Under the pieces are notes generated by a model. It was not told the DNA's origin, searched no databases, and worked only from the letters and a program-made list of their open reading frames with translations. The position numbers were made by a program, and so were the translations under genes. This document shows positions 27,702-36,882 of a stretch of DNA of 64,000 bases, piece after piece (position 1 is the stretch's first letter; each line of letters begins with the position of its first letter). The DNA is from Acidimicrobiaceae bacterium (GTDB taxonomy: Bacteria; Actinomycetota; Acidimicrobiia; Acidimicrobiales; Acidimicrobiaceae), in contig DAIEMC010000105.1 of NCBI GenBank assembly GCA_027341385.1, positions 1,249 through 65,248 on the forward strand. The letters are read 5' to 3'.

Positions 27702-30395
27702 TCAGCGATTCACGCGGATGGAGGCCTCGACGACACCACGGCACAACAGCTTGTCGACCGCGTGGAATCTTCTGGCCATATCCGGGTCGGACACCACGTT
27801 GCCAAGCTGGCGAGCCAGGTCGATTATCTGCTTCACGTTGCGAACGAAGTCCCCGCCCGGCATGCCCCGGTCTCCCAGGACCGCCTCCAGGTCCCTTCCC
27901 CGGCCCCAGGCGCTGGCATAGACCATGAAGCCGGACTCGACCGGCTTGGTGGCCGGAATCCGCAGCCTCCCCTCGGCCTTGACCAGTTCGATCCGGAGCG
28001 CCGCGATCTCGCGAAAGCGCTCCTCCAGCCGCAGCGACGGAAAGTGGTCCGAGCCGGGCGCGGAGTTGCGCGGCTCGTAGACGAACGCGGAGATCAGTGA
28101 AGCCAGCTCCTCCGGCTCGAGGCCGTCGAAGACGCCGCGCTCGAGGGCCAAGCCCACCAGCAGGTCCGACTCGTGGAAAAGGCCCGCAAGACGCTCTCCG
28201 GAAGGCGTCAGCTCCCAGCCGTCGACGAAGCCGAACTCCGACAGCACCGCCAGCACCCGGTCGAACTGCCGTGCCAGGGACTCCGTCTGGCGCTTCACGG
28301 ATTCCTTGATCTTGGTGCTGGATTCAGCGATCCGCTCCAGGCGCTTGACGGCGTTGAGGTGACGGTTGAAATCGGGGCATTGCCTCAACTTCTCGCGCAA
28401 CTCGGCGACCTCCGCCTTGGAGACGGCAGGGCGGGGCGCCGTCCCCGCCTGGCGACTGAAGCGCGGCTCCTCCGTGGAGCAGTTGGCGATGCGGATCTCC
28501 CGAAGTGCCTCGGCCATGGCGCTCAAGTACGAAGGGTCGCGTGGGTTGTACTCGACGCCCACGTCGAGCCGCGCCGCGGGTTTGGGGATGAAGTCGATTT
28601 GATTGCCGCGCATGGCAAGCTTTTCGCCCGCTGCGGTAACGACCCAGACGACTATCCGCCCACCCTTCTTGCGCGAGGTGGCCACCACCACCACGCGGGT
28701 GGGGATGCCGCTGTCGTTGGCCGCGGGCACGCAAAGGACGTCACCCGGGCGCAGGCGGGCGGCGTGCAGGCGAATATTGCGCTCGCTGGGGGCGGTGGCC
28801 AGCGGGGCGGACCTCTCCCCGTCGCGCTTGGTGAGGGACCACAAGGCTCCGACATCGCCGAACTCGCAGTGTGCCTGGTCCAGCAGTGCCTCCTCCTCGC
28901 TCCGCAGTTTGGCCAGGCGTGCCTCCAGATGCACCACCTCGGCGTCGGAACGGAACTGGGCGAAGGAGAGGTTGAGGAGATTCCGGGCGATTTCTGGATC
29001 GAAGCTCTTCACCAGGTTGGCGGCCATGTTGTAGGTGGGCCGGAAGGACGAGGTGAGTGGATAGGAACGAGTGGCCATCAGATGGGCCACCTGCTCGAAG
29101 GGGACGAAGGGGGACCATAGGGCGAGGCTGTAACCGATGTCGTCGATGCCTCGCCGGCCCGCTCGCCCGGCGAGCTGGGTGTACTCCCCCGGCGTGAGCA
29201 TCTCGTGCGACTCGCCGTTGAACTTCGTCAGCTTCTCGATCACCACGGTGCGGGCGGGCATGTTGATCCCCAGCGAGAGAGTCTCGGTGGCGAAGACCAC
29301 CTTTACCAGCGCTCGCGCAAAGCACTTCTCCACGGCCTCTTTGAGCGGAGGCACCATACCCGCGTGATGCGCTGCCACACCGGCCTCGAGGCCGGCCATG
29401 AACGAGGAGAATCCCAGCGCGTCCAAGTCGCGCGTGGAAAGGCTGGTTATAGTCTCGTCCACTATGGCGCGGATTTCCGCGCGTTCATGGGAACTGGTGA
29501 GGCGCACGCCTGAACGCACCATGTGCTCCACGGCGAGGTCGCAGCCCTGGCGAGAGAAGATGAAGAAGACAGCGGGCAGCATCGAGCCGTCACGGAGATA
29601 GTCGAGGACGTCGAGACGGCGCGGGGTCGCGGCCCTGGCTGCGGCCCGCTTGTGCACGAACGCTCCGGTCGCGCGGGGATCGTCATAGCGCGCGCAATCC
29701 GGATTGGGCCGCTCGTCGACTATCGCCTCGAAGACCCGCAGATCGCGGCCGCGGCCATCGGCCACGCCGTAGAGGTGGACAAGCTCCACCGGGCGCTCGG
29801 TCTCGACGATCACGTCGGTCGGGCCGCGGACGGTGCGGATCCAGTCCCCGAACTCGTCCGAGTTGGAGACGGTCGCTGACAGGCACACAAGTGAGACTGT
29901 CTCGGGCAAGTGGATGATCACCTCTTCCCAGACCGCTCCCCTGTAGGGGTTTTGCAGGTAGTGGACCTCGTCCATGATCACGTACCCAAGGCGGGACAGG
30001 TCCGAGGCACCTTCGTAGAGCATGTTGCGGAGCACTTCGGTGGTCATAACCACCACGTCCGCATCCGGGTTTATCACGTTGTCCCCGGTGAGCAAGCCGA
30101 CGCGCCGCTCGCCATAGAGCTCCGTGAACTCCTGGAACTTCTGGTTGGAAAGGGCTTTCAGCGGCGTGGTGTAGAAGGAGCGCCAACCCAGCGAGAGGGA
30201 GCGGTCCACCGCGTACTGGGCAACCAGGGTCTTCCCGCTTCCTGTCGGCGCCGCCACCAGCACCGAGCGATCCATGTCGATCGCTGCGAAGGCTTTCAGC
30301 TGGAATGGGTCGGGCGAGAGGCCGATCCGCTCGATGAACGACGCGTGGCCTATCTCTTTCAGCTCTGTGTCAGACACGGGTTGGGTTTCCGCCAT
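27702..30395 (-). CDS. helY: Ski2-like DEAD/DEAH RNA helicase
   Basis: APTGSGKT, TTPLKALSNQK, MDEVHY, LSAT, HHAGM, ATETLSLGINMPA, QLAGRAGRRG, DSHCT-like C-terminus. Confidence 0.93.
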   Translation of the reverse strand: MAETQPVSDTELKEIGHASFIERIGLSPDPFQLKAFAAIDMDRSVLVAAPTGSGKTLVAQYAVDRSLSLGWRSFYTTPLKALSNQKFQEFTELYGERRVGLLTGDNVINPDADVVVMTTEVLRNMLYEGASDLSRLGYVIMDEVHYLQNPYRGAVWEEVIIHLPETVSLVCLSATVSNSDEFGDWIRTVRGPTDVIVETERPVELVHLYGVADGRGRDLRVFEAIVDERPNPDCARYDDPRATGAFVHKRAAARAATPRRLDVLDYLRDGSMLPAVFFIFSRQGCDLAVEHMVRSGVRLTSSHERAEIRAIVDETITSLSTRDLDALGFSSFMAGLEAGVAAHHAGMVPPLKEAVEKCFARALVKVVFATETLSLGINMPARTVVIEKLTKFNGESHEMLTPGEYTQLAGRAGRRGIDDIGYSLALWSPFVPFEQVAHLMATRSYPLTSSFRPTYNMAANLVKSFDPEIARNLLNLSFAQFRSDAEVVHLEARLAKLRSEEEALLDQAHCEFGDVGALWSLTKRDGERSAPLATAPSERNIRLHAARLRPGDVLCVPAANDSGIPTRVVVVATSRKKGGRIVVWVVTAAGEKLAMRGNQIDFIPKPAARLDVGVEYNPRDPSYLSAMAEALREIRIANCSTEEPRFSRQAGTAPRPAVSKAEVAELREKLRQCPDFNRHLNAVKRLERIAESSTKIKESVKRQTESLARQFDRVLAVLSEFGFVDGWELTPSGERLAGLFHESDLLVGLALERGVFDGLEPEELASLISAFVYEPRNSAPGSDHFPSLRLEERFREIAALRIELVKAEGRLRIPATKPVESGFMVYASAWGRGRDLEAVLGDRGMPGGDFVRNVKQIIDLARQLGNVVSDPDMARRFHAVDKLLCRGVVEASIRVNR

Positions 30396-30440
30396 CCATC
30401 CTACCTGGCCCCGCCCATCGAGGTAAATGCTGGGCGCGGG

Positions 30441-31226
30441 TTATTGGGCCGCGGCTTCCGCCCGCGCACGCCGCCTCGTGACGACCCGTCCGATCAGTAT
30501 CGAAGCCTCATAGAAGACGACCAGGGGAACAGCCATGGCGAACATGGAGAAGGGGTCGGAGCTCGGTATGAACACCGCGACCACGGTGAAGATGATGACG
30601 ATCGCCCAGCGCCTGAACGAGGAGAGCTTCTTCGGGGTCACCACGCCCGCTATCTCCAGCGCCACGAGCAGCACCGGGAACTCGAACGATACCCCGAATG
30701 CGATCATCAAGAGGAAGATCAGGTTCAAGTAGCTGTTGGGCGTGTAGATGTCGTGCAGCTGGCTTCCCCCGGCCGACTGCAGGAAGTGAAGGGCATGCGG
30801 GAAGGTGATGTACGCCACCAGCGCCCCGCCCAGGAACAGGATCAAGGACGAGAGCACGAAGGGGATCGCGTATCTCTTCTCGCGAGGGTTGAGGCCGGGG
30901 GTGACGAAGCGCCACAGCTGATAGAGGATTACCGGTGAGGCCAGCAGCGCCCCGCCATATCCGGCGATCTTGATTCTCAGCGCGAATCCTTCGAGGGGAC
31001 CGGTGACGTAAAGGGCGCAGTCGGACTTGCCAGAGACCTGGCAATAGGGCGCGGTGAAAAAATTGAGGATGTGGCCGTAGAAGAAGTACGCGGCGATGGC
31101 GCCGATCGTGACGGCGACCGCTGCCTTCACGATCCTGCCACGAAGCTCGGCCAAGTGCTCGAGCAGGGTCATGTTGCCGCTGGTGGCGGCACTCGCTTCC
31201 TTGCGTTGCGACCTGGGCAACTTCAC
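30441..31226 (-). CDS. tatC: Tat translocase subunit TatC
   Basis: MTLLEHLAELR.R, QLWRFVTPGL...E, FG..FEFP, RRWAIV, DPFSM...P...FYE. Confidence 0.95.
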   Translation of the reverse strand: MKLPRSQRKEASAATSGNMTLLEHLAELRGRIVKAAVAVTIGAIAAYFFYGHILNFFTAPYCQVSGKSDCALYVTGPLEGFALRIKIAGYGGALLASPVILYQLWRFVTPGLNPREKRYAIPFVLSSLILFLGGALVAYITFPHALHFLQSAGGSQLHDIYTPNSYLNLIFLLMIAFGVSFEFPVLLVALEIAGVVTPKKLSSFRRWAIVIIFTVVAVFIPSSDPFSMFAMAVPLVVFYEASILIGRVVTRRRARAEAAAQ

Positions 31227-31254
31227 GCCGACCGGTCCTCGTCTGGCTCAGGGG

Positions 31255-31692
31255 TCAATTGAGATACGGATCCGAATCCACGGGCGGATGGACAACCCCA
31301 TCCACGGTCGACCAGGCACCGCCGGCCTCCCAGGATCCGCTTGGCGCCGCCGGCGCCGGGGCGGCCGCATGGCCGGCCTCGGACGGGGGAGCCGCTGCGG
31401 CCTGAGCTCCAAGCGGGTTCTGAGGGGAGCCCGCCAGCATGGAGCCGACAACGCCGATCGGGCCTCTGACCTGGGCCACGCCCATGTTGATGACGTCGCC
31501 GATCGGCCCGACGGCGTCGGAGATGGTGCTGAGAGCGCCGTTCATCTCTGCTTGGAGGCGGCCACGGATCCTCTGGAATTCGTTCCAATACCTTCCGATG
31601 CTCCTCGCGGCGGCGGGAACCTTGTCCGGGCCCAGTACGACGAGGGCCACCGCCACCACAATCAGGAACTTGGTGGGGTCGAGGTTGAACAT
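31255..31692 (-). CDS. tatB: TatB-like translocase subunit
   Basis: MFNLDPTKFLIVVAVALVVLGPDKVP; GP..xP at positions 21-26 as in TatB, amphipathic helix and long Ala/Pro tail. Confidence 0.8.
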   Translation of the reverse strand: MFNLDPTKFLIVVAVALVVLGPDKVPAAARSIGRYWNEFQRIRGRLQAEMNGALSTISDAVGPIGDVINMGVAQVRGPIGVVGSMLAGSPQNPLGAQAAAAPPSEAGHAAAPAPAAPSGSWEAGGAWSTVDGVVHPPVDSDPYLN

Positions 31693-31820
31693 ACCCTCCA
31701 CGATAATTCGCCTTGGGCCTCGCCGCAGAACCCGCCGCGACTGGGGCGCAAAGGGGCAGGTGGCAGCGTTGAAGACCCGGCTAGCCTGGGTCCGGGAATG
31801 CTGCCGAGCATGGAGAAGGT

Positions 31821-32468
31821 ATGCCGACCGTCTATCTGGTACGTCACGGACAGACCGATGCACTGGCAGCCGGCGACCCCGGGATCACCGACCTCGGGAA
31901 GCGGCAAGCAGAGACGGCGGCCGCGGAGTTGGGGCGGCGCGGACTGCGAAGGCCCATATTGATGAGCGGCGCCCTAAGGCGCCAGATGGACACCGCCCGG
32001 GTGATCTCTTTGTCGACAGGAATCCCGCTCAGCACTCCGGCGGAGCCCGGTTTCAACGAATTCGACCACCACGCAATACTGTTGGCCCACTCGGAGTCCG
32101 ACGCACTCGAGCAGGCGGACAACCGCATGGTCCAGGCTGCTCTCGACCGCGCCCTTGCCGCATGGATCTCCAGCCAAGGTGACGAATGGGAGTCCTTCGT
32201 CGCGGGTGCGGCCAAGGCGCTCGATGACGCGCTCGGTCGTGCCGACGGCGGCCAGGACTTGGTGATTGTGACATCGGGTGGCGTGATCGCCGCACTGTGC
32301 ATGCGCGCGCTGGCAGCGACGCCGCACTCGTTCGTCGCCCTCAACCGGATGGCCGTCAATGCTTCGATCACGGTTCTGGTGGCGGGCTCGAGAGGCGTAA
32401 ATCTGCTCAGCTACAACGACCACGCTCACTTGCGGGGCGGAGCGGCGGAACTGCTCACATACCGCTGA
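31821..32468 (+). CDS. Histidine phosphatase family protein
   Basis: YLVRHGQ motif, GALRRQMDTA, FNEFD, VTSGGVI, SYNDHAHL. Confidence 0.85.
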   Translation: MPTVYLVRHGQTDALAAGDPGITDLGKRQAETAAAELGRRGLRRPILMSGALRRQMDTARVISLSTGIPLSTPAEPGFNEFDHHAILLAHSESDALEQADNRMVQAALDRALAAWISSQGDEWESFVAGAAKALDDALGRADGGQDLVIVTSGGVIAALCMRALAATPHSFVALNRMAVNASITVLVAGSRGVNLLSYNDHAHLRGGAAELLTYR

Positions 32469-32480
32469 GGTGCCGAGGCG

Positions 32481-32819
32481 CTACTCTTCGCGCTTGCGCG
32501 CAGACTCGCTGAGCCTTTCGAAGAACGAGCCGTCGGCCAATTCGTAGTGGAACTGCATCAGCTCGTCGTAGGAGATCGGCTCGCCGGCGTGCACTTCCTC
32601 GAGTTCCGCAGGCATTCGCCAGAAGCTGAGGGCGACCCCCGCCGACACCAGGATGTCCACCACCGCCTTCTCGGCCGGCTTGGAGACCCGGACAGCGCAG
32701 CCCGGGCAGCGAAAGTTATAGGAGGCCTGCCCATCGCTCGAGCAGACGAGCACCCGAATCTCTTCCAGAGTCAGCTCGACATCCCCACAGGTCGGGCAGC
32801 TCGCCTTGATCAGCGGCAT
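32481..32819 (-). CDS. Small putative Zn-binding hypothetical protein
   Basis: IKASCPTCGDVEL...Y.FRCPGC (two CxxC). Confidence 0.7.
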   Translation of the reverse strand: MPLIKASCPTCGDVELTLEEIRVLVCSSDGQASYNFRCPGCAVRVSKPAEKAVVDILVSAGVALSFWRMPAELEEVHAGEPISYDELMQFHYELADGSFFERLSESARKREE

Positions 32820-32926
32820 CAGGAGTCCTTTCCATGCCCTGCATCCCAAGAGGCGGTGCAGGCAGCCACTTGCCGTCATTAACTCATCGACACTCTTAGT
32901 GAGCGACTTGAGGACGGTGTGGCGGG

Positions 32927-33505
32927 CTAAAGGACCGCGAAGCGGCTGAATGGATAGAAGCGCAGTACTACCTTGCCGATGAACAGACTGCCAGGAACAG
33001 GGCCGAAGAAGCGGGAATCGTAGGAATCACCGCGGTTGTCACCCATCAGGAAGTAGTCACCCTTGGGAATCGTCTGGCGCTTGATGTGGTAGGTGAGGTC
33101 GCCAGGAGGGAGGTAGGGCTCCGAGAGCATCTTCCCGTTGATGTAAACGTGCCCCTTGCTGGACCAGATGGTCTCCCCGGGGAGCCCGATCACCCGCTTC
33201 ACCAGGTCCTCGATGTTGGGATCCACTTTGTCTGCGGCCGGCCGGCGGAACACGACGATGTCTCCGCGCTGCACTCCCTGGATGGGGAAGGAGATCTTGG
33301 AGACGACGATCCGGTCACCGATCTGCAGCGTTGGGATCATTGATCCCGAAGGGATGAAGAAGGACTGGAATACGAAGAGCCTGATCAGTATGGCGATGGC
33401 GACCGAGACGACCACGGCAACGAGGTTCGGTCCGACGATGCGCCGAAGTCCACGCTTGCGCGCCGTCACGGACCCGGAATCCTGCGCAGTCTCCTCGATG
33501 GTCAA
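32927..33505 (-). CDS. lepB: Signal peptidase I
   Basis: FFIPSGSMIPTL..GDRIVV, LVKRVIGLPGE, FLMGDNR.DS.DSRFFG. Confidence 0.95.
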   Translation of the reverse strand: MTIEETAQDSGSVTARKRGLRRIVGPNLVAVVVSVAIAILIRLFVFQSFFIPSGSMIPTLQIGDRIVVSKISFPIQGVQRGDIVVFRRPAADKVDPNIEDLVKRVIGLPGETIWSSKGHVYINGKMLSEPYLPPGDLTYHIKRQTIPKGDYFLMGDNRGDSYDSRFFGPVPGSLFIGKVVLRFYPFSRFAVL

Positions 33506-33561
33506 GCGGTGACTCCCTCCGCGCCTCCACGCGTCCGGCCGGAGGCGGCTGGAGCGCCCGC

Positions 33562-34926
33562 CTACAGGCTCTCTATCAGCTTATCCACCCGGTCGTCCTC
33601 CGAGCGGAAAGGGTCCTTCAGCAGGACGGTACGCTGCGCCTGGTCATTCAGCTTGAGGTGCACCCAGTCGACCGTGAAGTCCCGGCGCTTCTCCTTGGCC
33701 CGCTTGATGAACTCGCCTCGGAGCCTGGCGCGCGTGGTCTGCGGCGGGACCTCCACCGCCTTGTCGATGGCGCCGTCGTCGACGATCCTCTCCACCAGGT
33801 TGCGCTTCTGCATGCGATAGAAGATTCCGCGCTCGCGGGAGACGTCATGGTACTGGAGGTCGATCAGCGCAATTTGGGGATGGCCCAGGGTCACCTGGTT
33901 CTTGGCCATGTAGGACTCGATCAGGCGATGCTTGATGACCCAATCGACCTCTCGATCCAGGCTGAAGGGGTCCCTCCGCAGGTGGTCCAAGACGTAGGTC
34001 CACATGTCGAGCGCACGGCTCTCCTCGGGGGGAAGCCCCTGTTGCTCACGGTACTTGTGGGCACGGTCGCAGTATTCGGTTTGGATGTCGAGCGCGGACA
34101 GCTCCCGCCCGTTCGCCAAGCGTACCCTGCGCGCGCAGGTCAGATCGTGCGAGATCTCACGGATGGCCCTGATGGGGTTCTCGATGCTGAAGTCCCTCAA
34201 AACCACGGAGGGATCTTCGAGCATCCTCAACATGATCGCGGTGGTGCCGACCTTGAGGAAGGTCGTGTATTCACTCATGTTCGAGTCACCCACGATTACG
34301 TGCAGGCGACGGTAGAGTTCGGCGTCGGCGTGGGGCTCGTCCCTCGAGTTGATGATCGGGCGGCTTCGCGTCGTCGCCGAGGAGACACCCTCCCAGATGT
34401 GCTCGGCGCGCTGGGAGATGGAGAAGACCGGCCCCCTGGCGGTCTGAAGGACCTTGCCGGCTCCGGTGAAGATCTGCCGGGAGACCAGGAAGGGGATGAG
34501 GACCTCGGTGTAGCGGGCGAAGTCGTCAGCCCTTGTGGTCAGGTAATTCTCGTGGCAGCCATAGGAGTTGCCCGCCGAATCCGTGTTGTTCTTGAAGAGA
34601 TAGACGACACCGCGAATGCCCTCTTCGCGCATGCGGGCCTCTGCGGAGAAGACCAGCCCCTCCAGGATCCGCTCGCCGGCCTTGTCATGCGCAACGAGGT
34701 CGGCGAGGGAATCGCACTCGGGGGTGGCGTACTCGGGGTGCGAGCCGACGTCCAAGTAGAGCCGCGCCCCGTTCTCGAGGAAGACGTTTGAGGACCGGCC
34801 CCAGGAGACGACCCGCCGAAACAGGTAGCGCGCCACCTCATCGGGGCTGAGCCGACGCTGACCACGCAAGGTGCATGTCACGCCGTACTCGTTCTCCAGC
34901 CCGAATATTCTCCGCTGAAGTTCCAC
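33562..34926 (-). CDS. pafA: Pup-protein ligase
   Basis: [60 protein letters not shown]. Confidence 0.97.
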   Translation of the reverse strand: MELQRRIFGLENEYGVTCTLRGQRRLSPDEVARYLFRRVVSWGRSSNVFLENGARLYLDVGSHPEYATPECDSLADLVAHDKAGERILEGLVFSAEARMREEGIRGVVYLFKNNTDSAGNSYGCHENYLTTRADDFARYTEVLIPFLVSRQIFTGAGKVLQTARGPVFSISQRAEHIWEGVSSATTRSRPIINSRDEPHADAELYRRLHVIVGDSNMSEYTTFLKVGTTAIMLRMLEDPSVVLRDFSIENPIRAIREISHDLTCARRVRLANGRELSALDIQTEYCDRAHKYREQQGLPPEESRALDMWTYVLDHLRRDPFSLDREVDWVIKHRLIESYMAKNQVTLGHPQIALIDLQYHDVSRERGIFYRMQKRNLVERIVDDGAIDKAVEVPPQTTRARLRGEFIKRAKEKRRDFTVDWVHLKLNDQAQRTVLLKDPFRSEDDRVDKLIESL

Positions 34927-34991
34927 TTTGCCGCCTTAGACGCTCTCTTAGCCGCAATCTAGCTGACAGGAGACGGCTGGCGGCTGCAGGC

Positions 34992-35675
34992 CTATCCGGC
35001 CAGCAGCTCGGTCAGCTCCGAAGCACCGAGGCGCCTGAAAGTCCGCCGCCCGTTGGAATCCTCCAGCACCGCGGCCTCGACGTCGCTTACAGAGATCGAT
35101 CGATCCGGCCCGGCCAGGGCCGAAACCGCCGCTTTGAGGGCGGCGGAGAGCGACATCTCTTCGGAATAGGCGTCGCCGAACCGCCGTGATATCGCCTCGG
35201 AGTCGCCGCCCAGGACCGTGTATCGGCTCTCGTCCATCACGGTCCCGTCGTAGAGGATGTGAAAGAGCTGGCTGTGGCCATGGTGGTTGCGGCCGAGCTC
35301 GGCAACGAGGATCTCCACCTCGAGCGGCTTCATCTCATGGGTGAAGACCTGGCCCAGATAGGAGGCGTAGACGTTGGCGAGTGACCGCGCGTCCACGTCG
35401 TCGCGGGAGTACGCATACCCCTTGGTGTCGGCATGCCTTACCCCGGCCACGCGCAGCTGGTCGAACTCGTTGTACTTGCCCACCCCGGCAAAGGCGATCC
35501 GGTCGTAGATCTCGGAAATCTTGTGGAGCGACTTCGAGGGATTCTCCGCACAGAGCAGGATCCCGTCTGAGTAGATGCAGCCGATGAGGCTGCGGCCCCG
35601 GGCGATCCCCTTGCGCGCGTAGTCCGCCCGATCCTTCATCACCTGCTCAGGCGCGACATAGAAAGGCATCGACAT
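34992..35675 (-). CDS. prcA: Proteasome alpha subunit
   Basis: MSMPFYVAPEQVMKDRADYARKGIARGRS, KISEIYDRI. Confidence 0.97.
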   Translation of the reverse strand: MSMPFYVAPEQVMKDRADYARKGIARGRSLIGCIYSDGILLCAENPSKSLHKISEIYDRIAFAGVGKYNEFDQLRVAGVRHADTKGYAYSRDDVDARSLANVYASYLGQVFTHEMKPLEVEILVAELGRNHHGHSQLFHILYDGTVMDESRYTVLGGDSEAISRRFGDAYSEEMSLSAALKAAVSALAGPDRSISVSDVEAAVLEDSNGRRTFRRLGASELTELLAG

Positions 35676-36481
35676 TATTGACCTCCTCCGATCCCTTTCC
35701 TGGCCTCAAGCACGTTGCGGGCTATCTCCTCGAGCTCCTCGTCCGGCGCGAGGGCAAAGCCGGCTTCGGTGATGGTGGCCACCACGGGGAAGATTCCCCG
35801 GTGAAGGTCGGGCCCACCGGTGGCCGAGTCCTCTTCTGAGGCCTCCACAAGCGCCGACACGGCAAGCTCCAATGCTTGCCGGCGCTCCAGGGGCGCACCC
35901 TTGAGTCCGGCTTTGACGGTGCCCTTGGCGTCCCGTCCACCCGAGCCGGTGGTCTGGAAGGCCACCTCCTCGTACTTGCCTCCGGTCACGTCGTAGGCGA
36001 AGATCCTTCCGCTGGAGCGGATCTGGTCCCAACCGGCGAAGAGTGGGACCACGGCCAGCCCCTGCATCGCCATGGGCAGGTTCGCCCGGATCATCTGGCC
36101 GAGCTGGTTGGCCTTGCCCTCCAGGGAGAGGACTACGCCCTCGACCTTCTCGTAGTGCTCGAGCTGTGTCTGGAACAGGCGCACCATCTCGACGGCGGGA
36201 CCGGCCGCACCGGCAATGGCCACTCCCGAGTAGCGATCGGCGGCAAAGACCTTCTCGATGCGCCTATGGGCTATGAAGTTCCCCTCGGTGGCTCGGCGGT
36301 CGCCGGCCATCACCACTCCGTCCGCGTACTTGAACGCGAGAATCGTGGTGCCGTGAGGAACGGAAATCGGCTCGGACAGCGACGACTCGAGGCGGGAAAA
36401 CGGCGACATGCCGAGCCGCTCCAGGGTCCCGAAGAAACTTGGCCCCGGATCTTCCACCGGGTTGAAGATTGGCAGGTTCAC
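35675..36481 (-). CDS. prcB: Proteasome beta subunit with propeptide
   Basis: PHG|TTILAF catalytic Thr, AGDRRAT, GSG, DSATGG. Confidence 0.96.
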   Translation of the reverse strand: MNLPIFNPVEDPGPSFFGTLERLGMSPFSRLESSLSEPISVPHGTTILAFKYADGVVMAGDRRATEGNFIAHRRIEKVFAADRYSGVAIAGAAGPAVEMVRLFQTQLEHYEKVEGVVLSLEGKANQLGQMIRANLPMAMQGLAVVPLFAGWDQIRSSGRIFAYDVTGGKYEEVAFQTTGSGGRDAKGTVKAGLKGAPLERRQALELAVSALVEASEEDSATGGPDLHRGIFPVVATITEAGFALAPDEELEEIARNVLEARKGIGGGQ

Positions 36482-36573
36482 TTTCAGCTCTCCTGGCAAC
36501 GCCTGCGAGCGGCGCCGCCCTTGGTTCCGTCACATTGCAGCTTAGATAGGCCTTGAGCACCTGGCAATGCGAA

Positions 36574-36594
36574 CGCCGCCCCACCGGGGCGGCG
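36574..36594. terminator. GC-rich hairpin between pup and prcB
   Basis: CGCCGCCCC-ACC-GGGGCGGCG, 9-bp stem. Confidence 0.4.
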
Positions 36595-36668
36595 CCGCGA
36601 AAGCAGCCTTGGCCGCACACTCTTGCGCTCCCGGCCAGGGGCCCCGGGCCGGAGCGTTAACCGAGGAG

Positions 36669-36869
36669 CTACTGCCCGCCCTTCTGGACGTAGTTGCGCA
36701 CGAACTCCTCTGCGTTGTCTTCCAGGACCTCGTCGATCTCGTCGAGGAGGTCGTCGAGTTCGGCCTTGAGCTTCTCCGACTTCTCCGTCGAAGCGCTCTT
36801 GGACTCCTCCTCCACCGTTTCGGTGGAGCGGCTCGAAGTCGTCTTGCGGACCATCTCACGCTCTGCCAT
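36669..36869 (-). CDS. pup: Prokaryotic ubiquitin-like protein Pup (GGQ type)
   Basis: LDDLLDEIDEVLEDNAEEFVRNYVQKGGQ. Confidence 0.97.
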   Translation of the reverse strand: MAEREMVRKTTSSRSTETVEEESKSASTEKSEKLKAELDDLLDEIDEVLEDNAEEFVRNYVQKGGQ

Positions 36870-36882
36870 AGCAGTCTCCATT

